The notes: generated from the letters alone by a model not told the origin. DNA of 38,219 nt from an uncultured Ruminobacter sp. (GCA_900767005.1 CAAFXL010000096.1:1-38219); one strand, 5' to 3'; counted from the first letter of the stretch, positions 15,436 to 23,550 are shown. Program-made: numbers and translations.

Positions 15436-16183
15436 ATGGTTTTCTTCTTACACCCATCTTTTTTGCTAATTCCAGAATCGAGCTGTAAAGATAAGCAGGC
15501 TTGTTTTTAATAGGGTCGACATCAGTATCAATCGCAAAGTTGCTTTCATAGTTATGTCCAAAGTGCCTAATCATCGTGATTACATTTTCTATGGAGTATT
15601 GCGCAAGTAGTTTATTGATACATTGCTCATAAGCTTCGATATTAGCTCTATTAAGACTTTCCTCTTTGGATATGTAGTAATACTGCTCAAGCACTTCAAC
15701 TATGCGCCAAAAGTCATTTTCAAAAATTTTTTGTTCTTCTTCATGCGCATGCGCAAAGTCTTTAGATATTATTTCATTATAGTCAGTCAGATCATTATTA
15801 TCATGTTCACTATCATGTTCACTATCATGTTCATGTTCCTTATCGGTAAAATTCGTATTCGCTTGTAAATCTTGTACTTCTTCGTATACGCTCGTATTCG
15901 GTTGTTCGTTTTCGAATACGTTTGTATTTGATTTATTCCATCGTTTAAGAATGTTTTCCCTATTCTTTGAACATTGATCTTTCCATCGTTTTAAATCGGT
16001 TTTTAAATCTTTTTTGATTCTAGTCCATACGATATTAATTAATGGGTCGATTGGGTCAGGTGGGTTTAAATCGTTCACGTACAAATCAATAGTTTTGAAT
16101 AATATCCCTGCTTGCGCATCGGATAATAATTTTATTTGTTCGTGGTAGTTGACATATAAAATATATGATTCTTTGCCTTCCAT
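15413..16183 (-). CDS. Replisome organiser / replication initiation protein (DUF4373/DUF6291-like N-terminus)
   Basis: YILYVNYHEQIKLLSDAQAGILFKTIDLY matches the LSDxxAGxLFKxI motif of phage replisome organisers. It has an acidic-His repeat linker. ATG at 16183 follows ggagg. Confidence 0.55.
   Translation of the reverse strand: MEGKESYILYVNYHEQIKLLSDAQAGILFKTIDLYVNDLNPPDPIDPLINIVWTRIKKDLKTDLKRWKDQCSKNRENILKRWNKSNTNVFENEQPNTSVYEEVQDLQANTNFTDKEHEHDSEHDSEHDNNDLTDYNEIISKDFAHAHEEEQKIFENDFWRIVEVLEQYYYISKEESLNRANIEAYEQCINKLLAQYSIENVITMIRHFGHNYESNFAIDTDVDPIKNKPAYLYSSILELAKKMGVRRKPYDSIKSR
15801..15836. repeat. 12-nt tandem repeat, three copies (third imperfect)
   Basis: tcatgttcacta tcatgttcacta tcatgttcatgt. 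It encodes the EHDSEHDSEHD linker on the - strand. Confidence 0.85.
15852..15930. repeat. Iteron-like 10-mers (TTCGTATTCG family) inside the organiser gene; candidate origin
   Basis: ttcgtattcg (15852), ttcgtatacg (15881), ctcgtattcg (15891), ttcgaatacg (15911), tttgtatttg (15921). Confidence 0.5.
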
Positions 16184-16221
16184 TTTTACCTCCAGTATGG
16201 ATGGGAAGAGCCTTAATAGGC

Positions 16222-16977
16222 TCATCCGTTATTTTGCTGTTGTTTTATTTGCTTTTCGATTTCTTTACAAATTGCTTCGTAGTCTTTGACTTTGACTTCA
16301 CTTGATGAAGAGTATCCAAATTGTGCAATAATTTGTTTACACAGTGCGCCATTGCCACTTGAAATAGCGTACATTCTATTGGCTTGACTTTTTGTGATTG
16401 GCTTTTCTAGTCCATCTTCTATGCTATTGGTTTTAGCATCATTGCCATTTAAGTCTTTTAAATCGGCATCATCAAAATCTTGAGTAAATACATCGGATAA
16501 GTTTCCTATGAAGAGGGAAGCTGCAACAAGCGCCCTTTTTTGTGCCATTTTTAAAACAGTGTTATCCATGTTTCCAATGCCTACGCGCTCACCATTATCG
16601 TTATATTTGGCATCGCGTTGAAATTTAGTTTCGTAGCTGTTCGCGGAGGCAATGCTTTCAGCGTGAATCAATCCATCACTGCCAATTAATTGACATTGAA
16701 TAATATATTCAAATAAACCGCTTTTAAAATCTCTTGTCTTTTCAATGATGGTGTATCTTGGTTGTAATCCTAGCAATGTACAAATAACTTGCGCTCCAGG
16801 TTGTAAGAGCGTTGGTTTCTTGCCTGTACCTGGAATAATACCCATATGAAAATTTTCTTTAAATTGGCTTTTGATCAATGATTGAAATCGGCTAATTGCT
16901 TCTAATTGGTTTTTGACATTTTCTTGTGTAATATTCATGATTGAATTGTTTTCGACTAAAGTTAAATTGTTTTCCAT
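16222..16977 (-). CDS. Single-strand annealing protein (RecT/Red-beta-superfamily-like recombinase)
   Basis: KKPTLLQPGAQVICTLLGL and NTVLKMAQKRALVAASL are patterns typical of phage annealases. It sits between the DUF1351-like gene and the organiser. Confidence 0.55.
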   Translation of the reverse strand: MENNLTLVENNSIMNITQENVKNQLEAISRFQSLIKSQFKENFHMGIIPGTGKKPTLLQPGAQVICTLLGLQPRYTIIEKTRDFKSGLFEYIIQCQLIGSDGLIHAESIASANSYETKFQRDAKYNDNGERVGIGNMDNTVLKMAQKRALVAASLFIGNLSDVFTQDFDDADLKDLNGNDAKTNSIEDGLEKPITKSQANRMYAISSGNGALCKQIIAQFGYSSSSEVKVKDYEAICKEIEKQIKQQQNNG

Positions 16978-16994
16978 TGTTTTAAATCCTCCTA

Positions 16995-17561
16995 TTATCT
17001 AACTTTGACAATTTTAGTTTTTTCTATATTTACGCCAGGAATATTAATATTTCCTTTAGCGAGTTTTACAAGTTTTTTTATCGCGCTTGTATCAGCTTTT
17101 AAGAGTTGAACACCATTTATTGAAAATGGTATCTTGCTTTCATCGGTGATAATTATGCTATAATCATCTTGGAAGCTTGTGCCTTTAACTTGTGGAGTGT
17201 CAGGGGCTAAACTGATTTCCATTCCGGTTTCTTCACGAATTGAAGATTCAAGCTTCTTTCTTTCTTCTTCAAGAATAACCATATAATCGGCAATTTCTTT
17301 TTTGAGTTTCTTCTCTACTTCTTGAAGAGGCTTTTTCATTTCATTTTCTTTATTGCAAATTGATTTCCAAGATTGATAAGCGTTGCTTTTTGGCTCTTTC
17401 CAGTATCCCTCAATAGAGTCAATTAAATCTTTATCGGCTTTTAAATAATTTGAAGCTCTTAAGTAAGAATCGTTATCAACTACGCTTAAAGCGAGCGCTT
17501 CTGCGACAAAAACATCGCACTTATTTGTAAGTTGTGTTTCTTGATTTTGAATTGTGTTCAT
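16995..17561 (-). CDS. DUF1351-like phage recombination-module protein
   Basis: ATG at 17561 follows aaagggga. The size, coiled-coil centre and position between nuclease and annealase are typical. This call rests on context. Confidence 0.4.
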   Translation of the reverse strand: MNTIQNQETQLTNKCDVFVAEALALSVVDNDSYLRASNYLKADKDLIDSIEGYWKEPKSNAYQSWKSICNKENEMKKPLQEVEKKLKKEIADYMVILEEERKKLESSIREETGMEISLAPDTPQVKGTSFQDDYSIIITDESKIPFSINGVQLLKADTSAIKKLVKLAKGNINIPGVNIEKTKIVKVR

Positions 17562-17584
17562 GTTTGTTCCCCTTTTCATTTTTG

Positions 17585-18184
17585 TTATTTGATTTTTGGT
17601 TTGAAGTAGTGAATTTTTAATAGGCTTTCGAATATGTCCCATCTATCGGGCAAATCCCTAATAAATTCATAAGAGCCATCAGGTCTTAGCAGAAGGGTGG
17701 CGCGCTCATCCACTTCAATATTTTCATTTTTGAATATCCGCTCGTATGCACTCGTTTGCACTGCTACAAGCTCGGGATGTATCGGCTCAGTAGTTTTAAT
17801 ATCGAATAATACACATTTGTTATCTATGAGCGCTAAACGATCGATGGTTCCTGCGTAATAATATTTTGTATGGTAGTGTTGCAATTCGATAAAAATCATT
17901 TGTGGTTTATAATCTGCTACAAACTTTTTATAAGCCTCAAGATAGCCTTTTTCTTCTTCTTTGATATCTTCTACTTTGTAGAGGTCATATAGCTCTGTAG
18001 CGTGGTGGACATCGCTCCCCACGTTGGCTTTTCTCGATACGATATTTGTTGGGATATCTTTGTAAATGTAAGATGATAACGGTGCCATTATTTGAGTGAC
18101 TGAAGGCAATATAATATTTTTACTATGTAAAACATAGGTGTGGTCAATTTCTTTAAATATTAAATCGGTGTTTTTGATCTCCAT
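17585..18184 (-). CDS. PD-(D/E)XK family exonuclease
   Basis: N-terminal EIDHTYVL...PSVTQIM, plus GTIDRLAL...VLFDIKT (D...D-x-K catalytic pattern). Confidence 0.7.
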   Translation of the reverse strand: MEIKNTDLIFKEIDHTYVLHSKNIILPSVTQIMAPLSSYIYKDIPTNIVSRKANVGSDVHHATELYDLYKVEDIKEEEKGYLEAYKKFVADYKPQMIFIELQHYHTKYYYAGTIDRLALIDNKCVLFDIKTTEPIHPELVAVQTSAYERIFKNENIEVDERATLLLRPDGSYEFIRDLPDRWDIFESLLKIHYFKPKIK

Positions 18185-18204
18185 TGTGTTTACTCCTGTT
18201 TTAA

Positions 18205-18630
18205 TTAATCGAAGAAATGATTGAATTTAATTTCTTCGTTTTCAAAATCGATATAAGCATAGTTATCGGTCTTGATATAACTTTTCATTATTAAGATTCT
18301 TTTGTAGATGTTCCAAGCTCTTTTTTTTTCCTTAAAAAGCGCCTTTTTAGCTTCTTCAAGCGTTGCGATTTTATAACCTCGATTGCCATCGGTAATTAAG
18401 ACATGATGCCAGCATTTAGATTTTTTAATCGCGTTGATATCTTGTCTAATTTTTCGATAAGCTGTTGAATTATAATCGGTTGTTGATTCGTTTAATCTTG
18501 AATATGTCTCTGGGAAATTTCCACAGATCATTTCTTTAGTGATGACAGTTCTTTCATCTTCGCAAAATATATCCTCTAGATATTGAGCGAGCGCCCATTG
18601 TTGAGGGGTTAAATCGTTAGTTAATTCCAT
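18205..18630 (-). CDS. Hypothetical protein
   Basis: 141 aa, coupled with its neighbours. No motif recognised. Confidence 0.5.
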   Translation of the reverse strand: MELTNDLTPQQWALAQYLEDIFCEDERTVITKEMICGNFPETYSRLNESTTDYNSTAYRKIRQDINAIKKSKCWHHVLITDGNRGYKIATLEEAKKALFKEKKRAWNIYKRILIMKSYIKTDNYAYIDFENEEIKFNHFFD

Positions 18631-18932
18631 TTTGTTTTTTCTCCTTTCATTGATAATTCTAAACGGTAGTTTTTAATAATTTTCTTCGATGTAATTCCGT
18701 AGTCTTTCAAATAATCAAGTGCGTATTGTAGCGGGATGACATAGCGAGCGGGCGGGATCTTGTTTAATCCTTTGCAATCGGTCAAGTACTTCTTGCGGAT
18801 GTCGTGATACACATCCTGGAGCATTTGCTTACAATCGGCGCCATCAAGTCCCATCAAGATTTTTAAATCGTTTTTAGTGATAAATGCTTTTGTTTGAATT
18901 ATGTTATATTGTTGCTCTATTAAGTTATTCAT
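18621..18932 (-). CDS. Hypothetical protein
   Basis: 103 aa, first gene after the XRE regulator. No motif recognised. Confidence 0.5.
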   Translation of the reverse strand: MNNLIEQQYNIIQTKAFITKNDLKILMGLDGADCKQMLQDVYHDIRKKYLTDCKGLNKIPPARYVIPLQYALDYLKDYGITSKKIIKNYRLELSMKGEKTKWN

Positions 18933-18961
18933 GGTATTACTCTAGAATTGCATCACCTGAC

Positions 18962-19153
18962 TTAATCATCAAAAAAAATCGACTTGTCAACGTTCAACGC
19001 ATCCGCGATTTTAATAATTTCGTTGACTTTAAAATCTGATTTGCCCTGTTCCTTGCTTATGTAAGTAGCCGAAGGCATACCGATTAAATCGGCGAGCGCT
19101 TTCTGCGATAGTCTTTTCTCAGCTCGTAACCCTCTTAATTTGTTCAAGTTCAT
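18962..19153 (-). CDS. XRE-family HTH regulator (Cro-like)
   Basis: LRGLRAEKRLSQKALADLIGMPSATYISKEQGKSDFKVNEIIKIADALNV is a canonical HTH_3 pattern. RBS aaaggagg. Confidence 0.8.
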   Translation of the reverse strand: MNLNKLRGLRAEKRLSQKALADLIGMPSATYISKEQGKSDFKVNEIIKIADALNVDKSIFFDD

Positions 19154-19326
19154 TCTTTTATATTCCTCCTTTGGTTAAATTTAAAACATGATAATTTGAA
19201 TAAAATAATTTTTTTTGTTTGAATTCCTTTGGCTCATCTCCTTTAATTTGCTAATTTGCGCTCTAAGGGGCTTTTTAGCCCCGTCTAGCGCGTTTTATTA
19301 GTTTTATGATAAATATATGTCTTTGA

Positions 19327-19521
19327 TTATTTCACGTTAATTTGGGCTTGTTTTGCCTCCTTTCTTTCATCGTTTAATAATTCACCTAGTGCAATTATTT
19401 TAATATTTAAGTGGCTGATTCTTTCTTGGTAGTCATCCGGGTTGTAGCTCTTTAAGCGGATACAATCGGAAAGCTCCGTAATGTAATCCACTAACTTATT
19501 TATTACTGTGTCTTTATCCAT
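19327..19521 (-). CDS. Small hypothetical protein
   Basis: 64 aa, helical and charged. Confidence 0.45.
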   Translation of the reverse strand: MDKDTVINKLVDYITELSDCIRLKSYNPDDYQERISHLNIKIIALGELLNDERKEAKQAQINVK

Positions 19522-19531
19522 CGGCTTACCT

Positions 19532-20494
19532 CTAAGCGTTCAACGCTTTTAATTTGCTAATGACTTGTTTAGTCGCATAAATTCCGTTATGGTTGAGCAT
19601 TCTTTGCCATGCGCTATTGGATGGTGACCACTTAAAGCCCCATAATTTTAATATGTCGCGCTCTTCTTTTGATGGGATACTATCAAAGATTAATTTGATT
19701 CGCATGGTTTCTTTGTCTTCTTCAACTTGTAAGCCTTCTATTTGCTCATATTCGTTGACACTGTCGGCTGTCCTTTCTTTCATCGCTTCCAATTTTTTCA
19801 CTCTTCCTTTTAATCGGTTGATGTTTTGATTATTGTTTGTTAGTTTAAAAGGTGCATAAGGCATTGTTTTGCACGTTGGCGCATTTTTGATTGCTTCATC
19901 GAGGATTTTAGCTTGTTCATCGGTTAGATTCTCAAATCCTATCATTGTCCCATTTTCGCGATACCACGCATTAGATCTTTTCATTAGGTCTTGCTTCTCT
20001 TCTAATTCTTCAATTCTAAGCTTTAACTTTTCAACGGCGAGAGCGTCGGAGCTTGATATCGTGGCATTGGTTAACAGGTTGCGTATTTTTTTATAAAATC
20101 GGTTATTGAATGGGTCAAATAAAGATTGATTTTTTGCATAAAAATTATCCCTTGCCTGTTGTTGCTTTTGGTGTTTTTTCATTGGATAATTTGCCGGACC
20201 TGAAAGCATCCAAGAAACGCATGATGAATCGATTCTATTTAATTCGTTGATAGCATCGGCTAATTTCTTGCTGTATCGGTCAGCTAATTGATTGATTAGC
20301 TCCATATTATCGCTTGTGGCGTTGTTTGGATGTGCATTGATTAAAAGATTGATGTCTTCGGAAAACTCCGCCAAAATGCTTTTATATTCGTTTGTTGCGC
20401 TGTTCATTTTGTAGTCGCTTGTAAAAGTCGACTCATGCGCTCTTAGTGCGAGCGCCTCATTGATTGGGTAAAAGTTAATTGTTAATTGTTCCAT
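19532..20494 (-). CDS. DUF3560-like early protein
   Basis: SGPANYPMKKHQKQQQARD, PFKLTNNNQNINRLKGRVKKLE and the C-terminal LKLWGFKWSPSNSAWQR resemble motifs I recall for DUF3560-type proteins of phage and plasmid leading regions. Confidence 0.4.
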   Translation of the reverse strand: MEQLTINFYPINEALALRAHESTFTSDYKMNSATNEYKSILAEFSEDINLLINAHPNNATSDNMELINQLADRYSKKLADAINELNRIDSSCVSWMLSGPANYPMKKHQKQQQARDNFYAKNQSLFDPFNNRFYKKIRNLLTNATISSSDALAVEKLKLRIEELEEKQDLMKRSNAWYRENGTMIGFENLTDEQAKILDEAIKNAPTCKTMPYAPFKLTNNNQNINRLKGRVKKLEAMKERTADSVNEYEQIEGLQVEEDKETMRIKLIFDSIPSKEERDILKLWGFKWSPSNSAWQRMLNHNGIYATKQVISKLKALNA

Positions 20495-20521
20495 GTTTGT
20501 TTCTCTCCTTTGATTTACTTA

Positions 20522-20770
20522 TTAATTTTCTTCGAAATAATCGACTGGGTCAGTCTCTAGAGCTTCCTCAGTGTTAGCCCCTTCGAAAATGTACGCGATG
20601 TATTTTGCAGTTTTTGAGGGGTTTTTAGATTCTCGGTCTAAACGTTTTTTTATGTAAGTTTGAGCTTCCTCTAATGTTTCAAATGTGGCGCGTAAATCAG
20701 TCCATTCTTGGGCGCTGTGATGACGTTCTGCATAGCCATCAAGTACAAAATATAATTTTTTAGTTTCCAT
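20522..20770 (-). CDS. Small acidic hypothetical protein
   Basis: ATG at 20770 follows gagaggag. 82 aa. Confidence 0.5.
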   Translation of the reverse strand: METKKLYFVLDGYAERHHSAQEWTDLRATFETLEEAQTYIKKRLDRESKNPSKTAKYIAYIFEGANTEEALETDPVDYFEEN

Positions 20771-20860
20771 GTTTCTTTCTCCTCTCACTCTCTATTTAAT
20801 CGGGCTTGTGACCGCCTTTGGCTAGATTAAGAGGGGCGCTTTAGGTTAAGCGTTAACCCT

Positions 20861-21151
20861 TTAGAATAATATTTTGATGGTGTGGTTTGGTGTTTCTACG
20901 ATTAAATATCTCTTATCGTTTTCTTCGATTAGATATGCACAAGTAAACATGAATGTGTTATATGATAATATCCTGAACCCATAGCCATTATTATTAATCA
21001 TTTTGTTAAAGCAAGATTCATATGCGTTATATTTTGAATGGCTACATGTTGTGTAGATGTCTTCTAATCTGTAAGCGTTTGAATTAAGATAAGAATTAAT
21101 TAAACATCTTGCTCTCTTTGAATTGTTTCTAAATTTTAATGTTGCTGTCAT
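20861..21151 (-). CDS. First early-operon protein, unknown function
   Basis: 96 aa with an RBS aaaggag. It is directly downstream of the divergent regulatory region. Confidence 0.55.
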   Translation of the reverse strand: MTATLKFRNNSKRARCLINSYLNSNAYRLEDIYTTCSHSKYNAYESCFNKMINNNGYGFRILSYNTFMFTCAYLIEENDKRYLIVETPNHTIKILF

Positions 21152-21176
21152 TTTTGTTTTCTCCTTTTTATTTTTG

Positions 21177-21275
21177 ATTTTTAATATATATAATAATTAA
21201 TATCTAATAATTAATAATAATTAATATATATAATATATAAATAATATATAAATATAGTTAGTTAATAATTAATTA
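21177..21275. repeat. Almost pure A/T low-complexity block with TAATAATTAAT(A) repeats
   Basis: Only three G/C in 99 nt (21204, 21257, 21261). TAATAATTAATA occurs at 21191, 21205 and 21215, and TAATAATTAATT at 21263. Confidence 0.85.
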
Positions 21276-21343
21276 GTCGCATGTGTCGTTGAGTGTTTTA
21301 TAATCATCCTCCTTTTGAATAATCAACTTTCACATGTGCGTCA

Positions 21344-21386
21344 TGTATCACCTGACGAGTTCATAATAAATCCTGTATCGCCTAAT
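21344..21386. promoter_or_regulatory. Two operator-like 13-mers, TGTATC(A/G)CCT(G/A)A(C/T), 30 bp apart
   Basis: tgtatcacctgac at 21344-21356 and tgtatcgcctaat at 21374-21386, in the divergent region. A related tgcatcacctgac lies at 18949-18961 next to the XRE gene. Confidence 0.35.
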
Positions 21387-21430
21387 GTCAAGCGCTAATT
21401 AACAATTTTTTATATTTTTTTAAAAAAAAG

Positions 21431-21439
21431 TGTTAGAAT
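21431..21439 (+). promoter_or_regulatory. Extended -10 element (TGtTAGAAT), candidate repressor-operon promoter
   Basis: tgttagaat lies about 45 nt upstream of the repressor ATG. No good -35 element is present. Confidence 0.35.
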
Positions 21440-21483
21440 AATATTGTCTTTTGCTAACGATAGTAAATGATAGGAGGAAAAAC

Positions 21484-21882
21484 ATGGGATTCAAAGAAAA
21501 TTATTTAAAACTGCAACAAAAAAATAAAATATCATTCGCAGAGATTGGGCGCCGTTGCGGTGTGTCGAAAGGTAGCGCATGGGCATGGGCTCACTCGCAC
21601 GAATTGCCAACTATAGAACACTTGAAACAACTTGCGCAGGTCTTCGCTTGCACTGTTGATGAATTAATTAAAGATGATGATTTTTACAACCAAAACATGC
21701 CCGGGATAGTTGCGCAGGTTACACCTCAGCCAACAGCATCAATCGATAATAATCAGGATAGCTTCATTATCGCAATGTGTGCGTTGTCTCCCGTTCTCTC
21801 GGAGCAGGACAAAAGCGAATTGCTTAAGCTTTCACAAGAGCTTATTAATCGAGCTAAAAGCGCTAAAAAAAGCAATAATTAA
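21484..21882 (+). CDS. CI/ImmR-like XRE-family repressor
   Basis: ATG at 21484 follows taggagg. N-terminal HTH is ISFAEIGRRCGVSKGSAWAWAHSHELPTIEHLKQLAQVFACTVDELI. It is divergent from the early operon. Confidence 0.75.
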   Translation: MGFKENYLKLQQKNKISFAEIGRRCGVSKGSAWAWAHSHELPTIEHLKQLAQVFACTVDELIKDDDFYNQNMPGIVAQVTPQPTASIDNNQDSFIIAMCALSPVLSEQDKSELLKLSQELINRAKSAKKSNN

Positions 21883-21897
21883 TTAAACAATGAATAT

Positions 21898-22260
21898 ATG
21901 GAGTATAACGAACAACAAAAAAGCAAGATTGATCAAAAAATTGATCTAATTAAAAAATGCCTTTTAAATTTTGACATCAATTTTTATTTTGAAAAGATGC
22001 CGAAGAAAATAAAAGGGCTTTCGATAGTTCAAAATGATATCAAAATCATTGTTATTAATTCTTGTTTTAGGTGGAATTATAAGCGCATTGAAGAAATAGC
22101 GCGCCATGAATTTTGTCACATCTTGCACCCTGATACGATGTACAACTTAAACGATGGAGCTAAGCTTATTATTAAACGCGAAAAAGACCGCCACACGCTC
22201 GAAAGTGAATTTTATAAGCAATTAAACAATGTCAATATAAAAAGCGCTGTAAGTGGCTAA
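21898..22260 (+). CDS. ImmA/IrrE-like metallopeptidase (anti-repressor protease)
   Basis: Contains the HExxH motif ARHEFCHILHPD and lies immediately downstream of the repressor, as in ImmR-ImmA pairs. Confidence 0.55.
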   Translation: MEYNEQQKSKIDQKIDLIKKCLLNFDINFYFEKMPKKIKGLSIVQNDIKIIVINSCFRWNYKRIEEIARHEFCHILHPDTMYNLNDGAKLIIKREKDRHTLESEFYKQLNNVNIKSAVSG

Positions 22261-22309
22261 TTTTAAGCCAAAGAAAAGAATATAAAAATTTAAAAATGGA
22301 GGAGATACC

Positions 22310-23470
22310 ATGCCCATTTACAAGAACAAAAATAAACAAGGTTATACAGTTAAAATAAATTACACTGATGATAAAGGTAATCACAAGCAAATTTTACGAT
22401 GTAATAAAGACACGCTTAAAAAAGAAGATGCTCGCGACCTGGAGCGTCGATTGATGGAAGAAATCGAACAAAAGACAATCGCAACAAATCAAAAAATTAC
22501 ATTGAATCAATTATTTCATTGTTATGTGAAAGATTTTGAAACACAACGCAAAGCAAACACCATGCGCCAATTAAAAAGCGTTTATAAAAATCAAATAGGG
22601 CAATATTTAGGTAATTTGAACATCTATAAAATGACTGCTCGCGACATTCAACGATGGCAAACTGAAATCAACCATAAAAAAATAAAAGTCGGGCATAAAA
22701 ACACTATTTTTAAAAATCTTAGAAAGCTATTAAATTATGCTGTCAAAATGTACGACCTACCATCCAACCCATGCGCTAAAGTTGAGCCGTTTAAAGACAC
22801 TAAAAGCCTCGAAGATGACCATATTCAATATTTTACATATGAGCAGTTTAAAACGTTCGATAATGAGCTTTTAAAGCGATTAAACAAAGCGAAGCAATCA
22901 AATCAAATAAGCCAATTTATAAGGCTGTCACAAGGTCGAATATTTTTCAATGTCTTATTTTATGCAGGGCTGAGAAAAGGGGAAGCCAACGCTCTTAACT
23001 GGGGTGATATCATCGAAGAAAACAACACTTTATTTTTAAACATCACAAAATCAATAAATCAAAAAACATGCCCATATGAAATTACTAAGCCAAAGAATAA
23101 AACATCAATACGAAAAGTGCCTATATGCGATGAGCTCAAAAGACTATTGTACGAGCATAAAAGTCTTTGCAAAAACTGCATTGATGGATTCAACGAAAAA
23201 TATTTTATCACAGGGGCATTAAATCCACTGTGCGACACTTTTACAAGCGATTTAAAAAATGATATTATTAAAAGTTGTAAACTGCCAAATATACGAATTC
23301 ACGATTTCCGACATTCATATTGCAGTCTTTTAATTAATGGGGGAGTTCCATTGTACGTAATCGCTCGCCTTTTAGGGCATTCAACAATTGAAATCACGCA
23401 AAAAGTCTATGCTCATATCTACCCTGATTCATTTACACAAGCATTAAACTGCATTAATGCGCTCAAATAG
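22310..23470 (+). CDS. int: Tyrosine integrase with an N-terminal arm-binding domain
   Basis: Catalytic pattern is GLRKGE ... HDFRHSY ... LLGHS ... KVYAHI. The N-terminus YKNKNKQGYTVKINYTDDKGNHKQ is typical of arm-type DNA-binding domains. Confidence 0.9.
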   Translation: MPIYKNKNKQGYTVKINYTDDKGNHKQILRCNKDTLKKEDARDLERRLMEEIEQKTIATNQKITLNQLFHCYVKDFETQRKANTMRQLKSVYKNQIGQYLGNLNIYKMTARDIQRWQTEINHKKIKVGHKNTIFKNLRKLLNYAVKMYDLPSNPCAKVEPFKDTKSLEDDHIQYFTYEQFKTFDNELLKRLNKAKQSNQISQFIRLSQGRIFFNVLFYAGLRKGEANALNWGDIIEENNTLFLNITKSINQKTCPYEITKPKNKTSIRKVPICDELKRLLYEHKSLCKNCIDGFNEKYFITGALNPLCDTFTSDLKNDIIKSCKLPNIRIHDFRHSYCSLLINGGVPLYVIARLLGHSTIEITQKVYAHIYPDSFTQALNCINALK

Positions 23471-23521
23471 TTTACTACAAGTATATTAAAATATACCTAA
23501 AGTAGTATTGAAGTTTACCTT

Positions 23522-23550
23522 TTCACAAGCTACAATAATATTGTTAGAAT
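23522..23550 (+). promoter_or_regulatory. Sigma-A-type promoter upstream of the late operon
   Basis: TTCACA (23522-23527), 17-nt spacer, TAGAAT (23545-23550). Confidence 0.5.

Noticed and set aside
19198-19254. 18-aa ORF (MSQRNSNKKNYFIQIIMF) on the - strand in the gap upstream of the XRE gene
   Set aside because: The AGGAG directly abuts the ATG with no spacer, and the peptide is very short. This is more likely promoter or leader DNA.
19266-19283. GC-rich hairpin ggggct-tttt-agcccc after the 19327..19521 gene, as a terminator splitting the early operon
   Set aside because: The hairpin is real, but no U tract follows it on the - strand. I therefore did not call it a terminator. It could be a processing or pause site. 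It is mentioned in the immR-immA-int finding.
12607-20096. + strand ORFs inside the - strand early operon (12607..12810, 12738..12956, 13175..13393, 14335..14592, 15623..15868, 19593..19829, 19869..20096)
   Set aside because: They run antisense to motif-supported genes (pentapeptide, PP-loop, methyltransferase, organiser, DUF3560-like). They have no RBS and their sequences are low-complexity.
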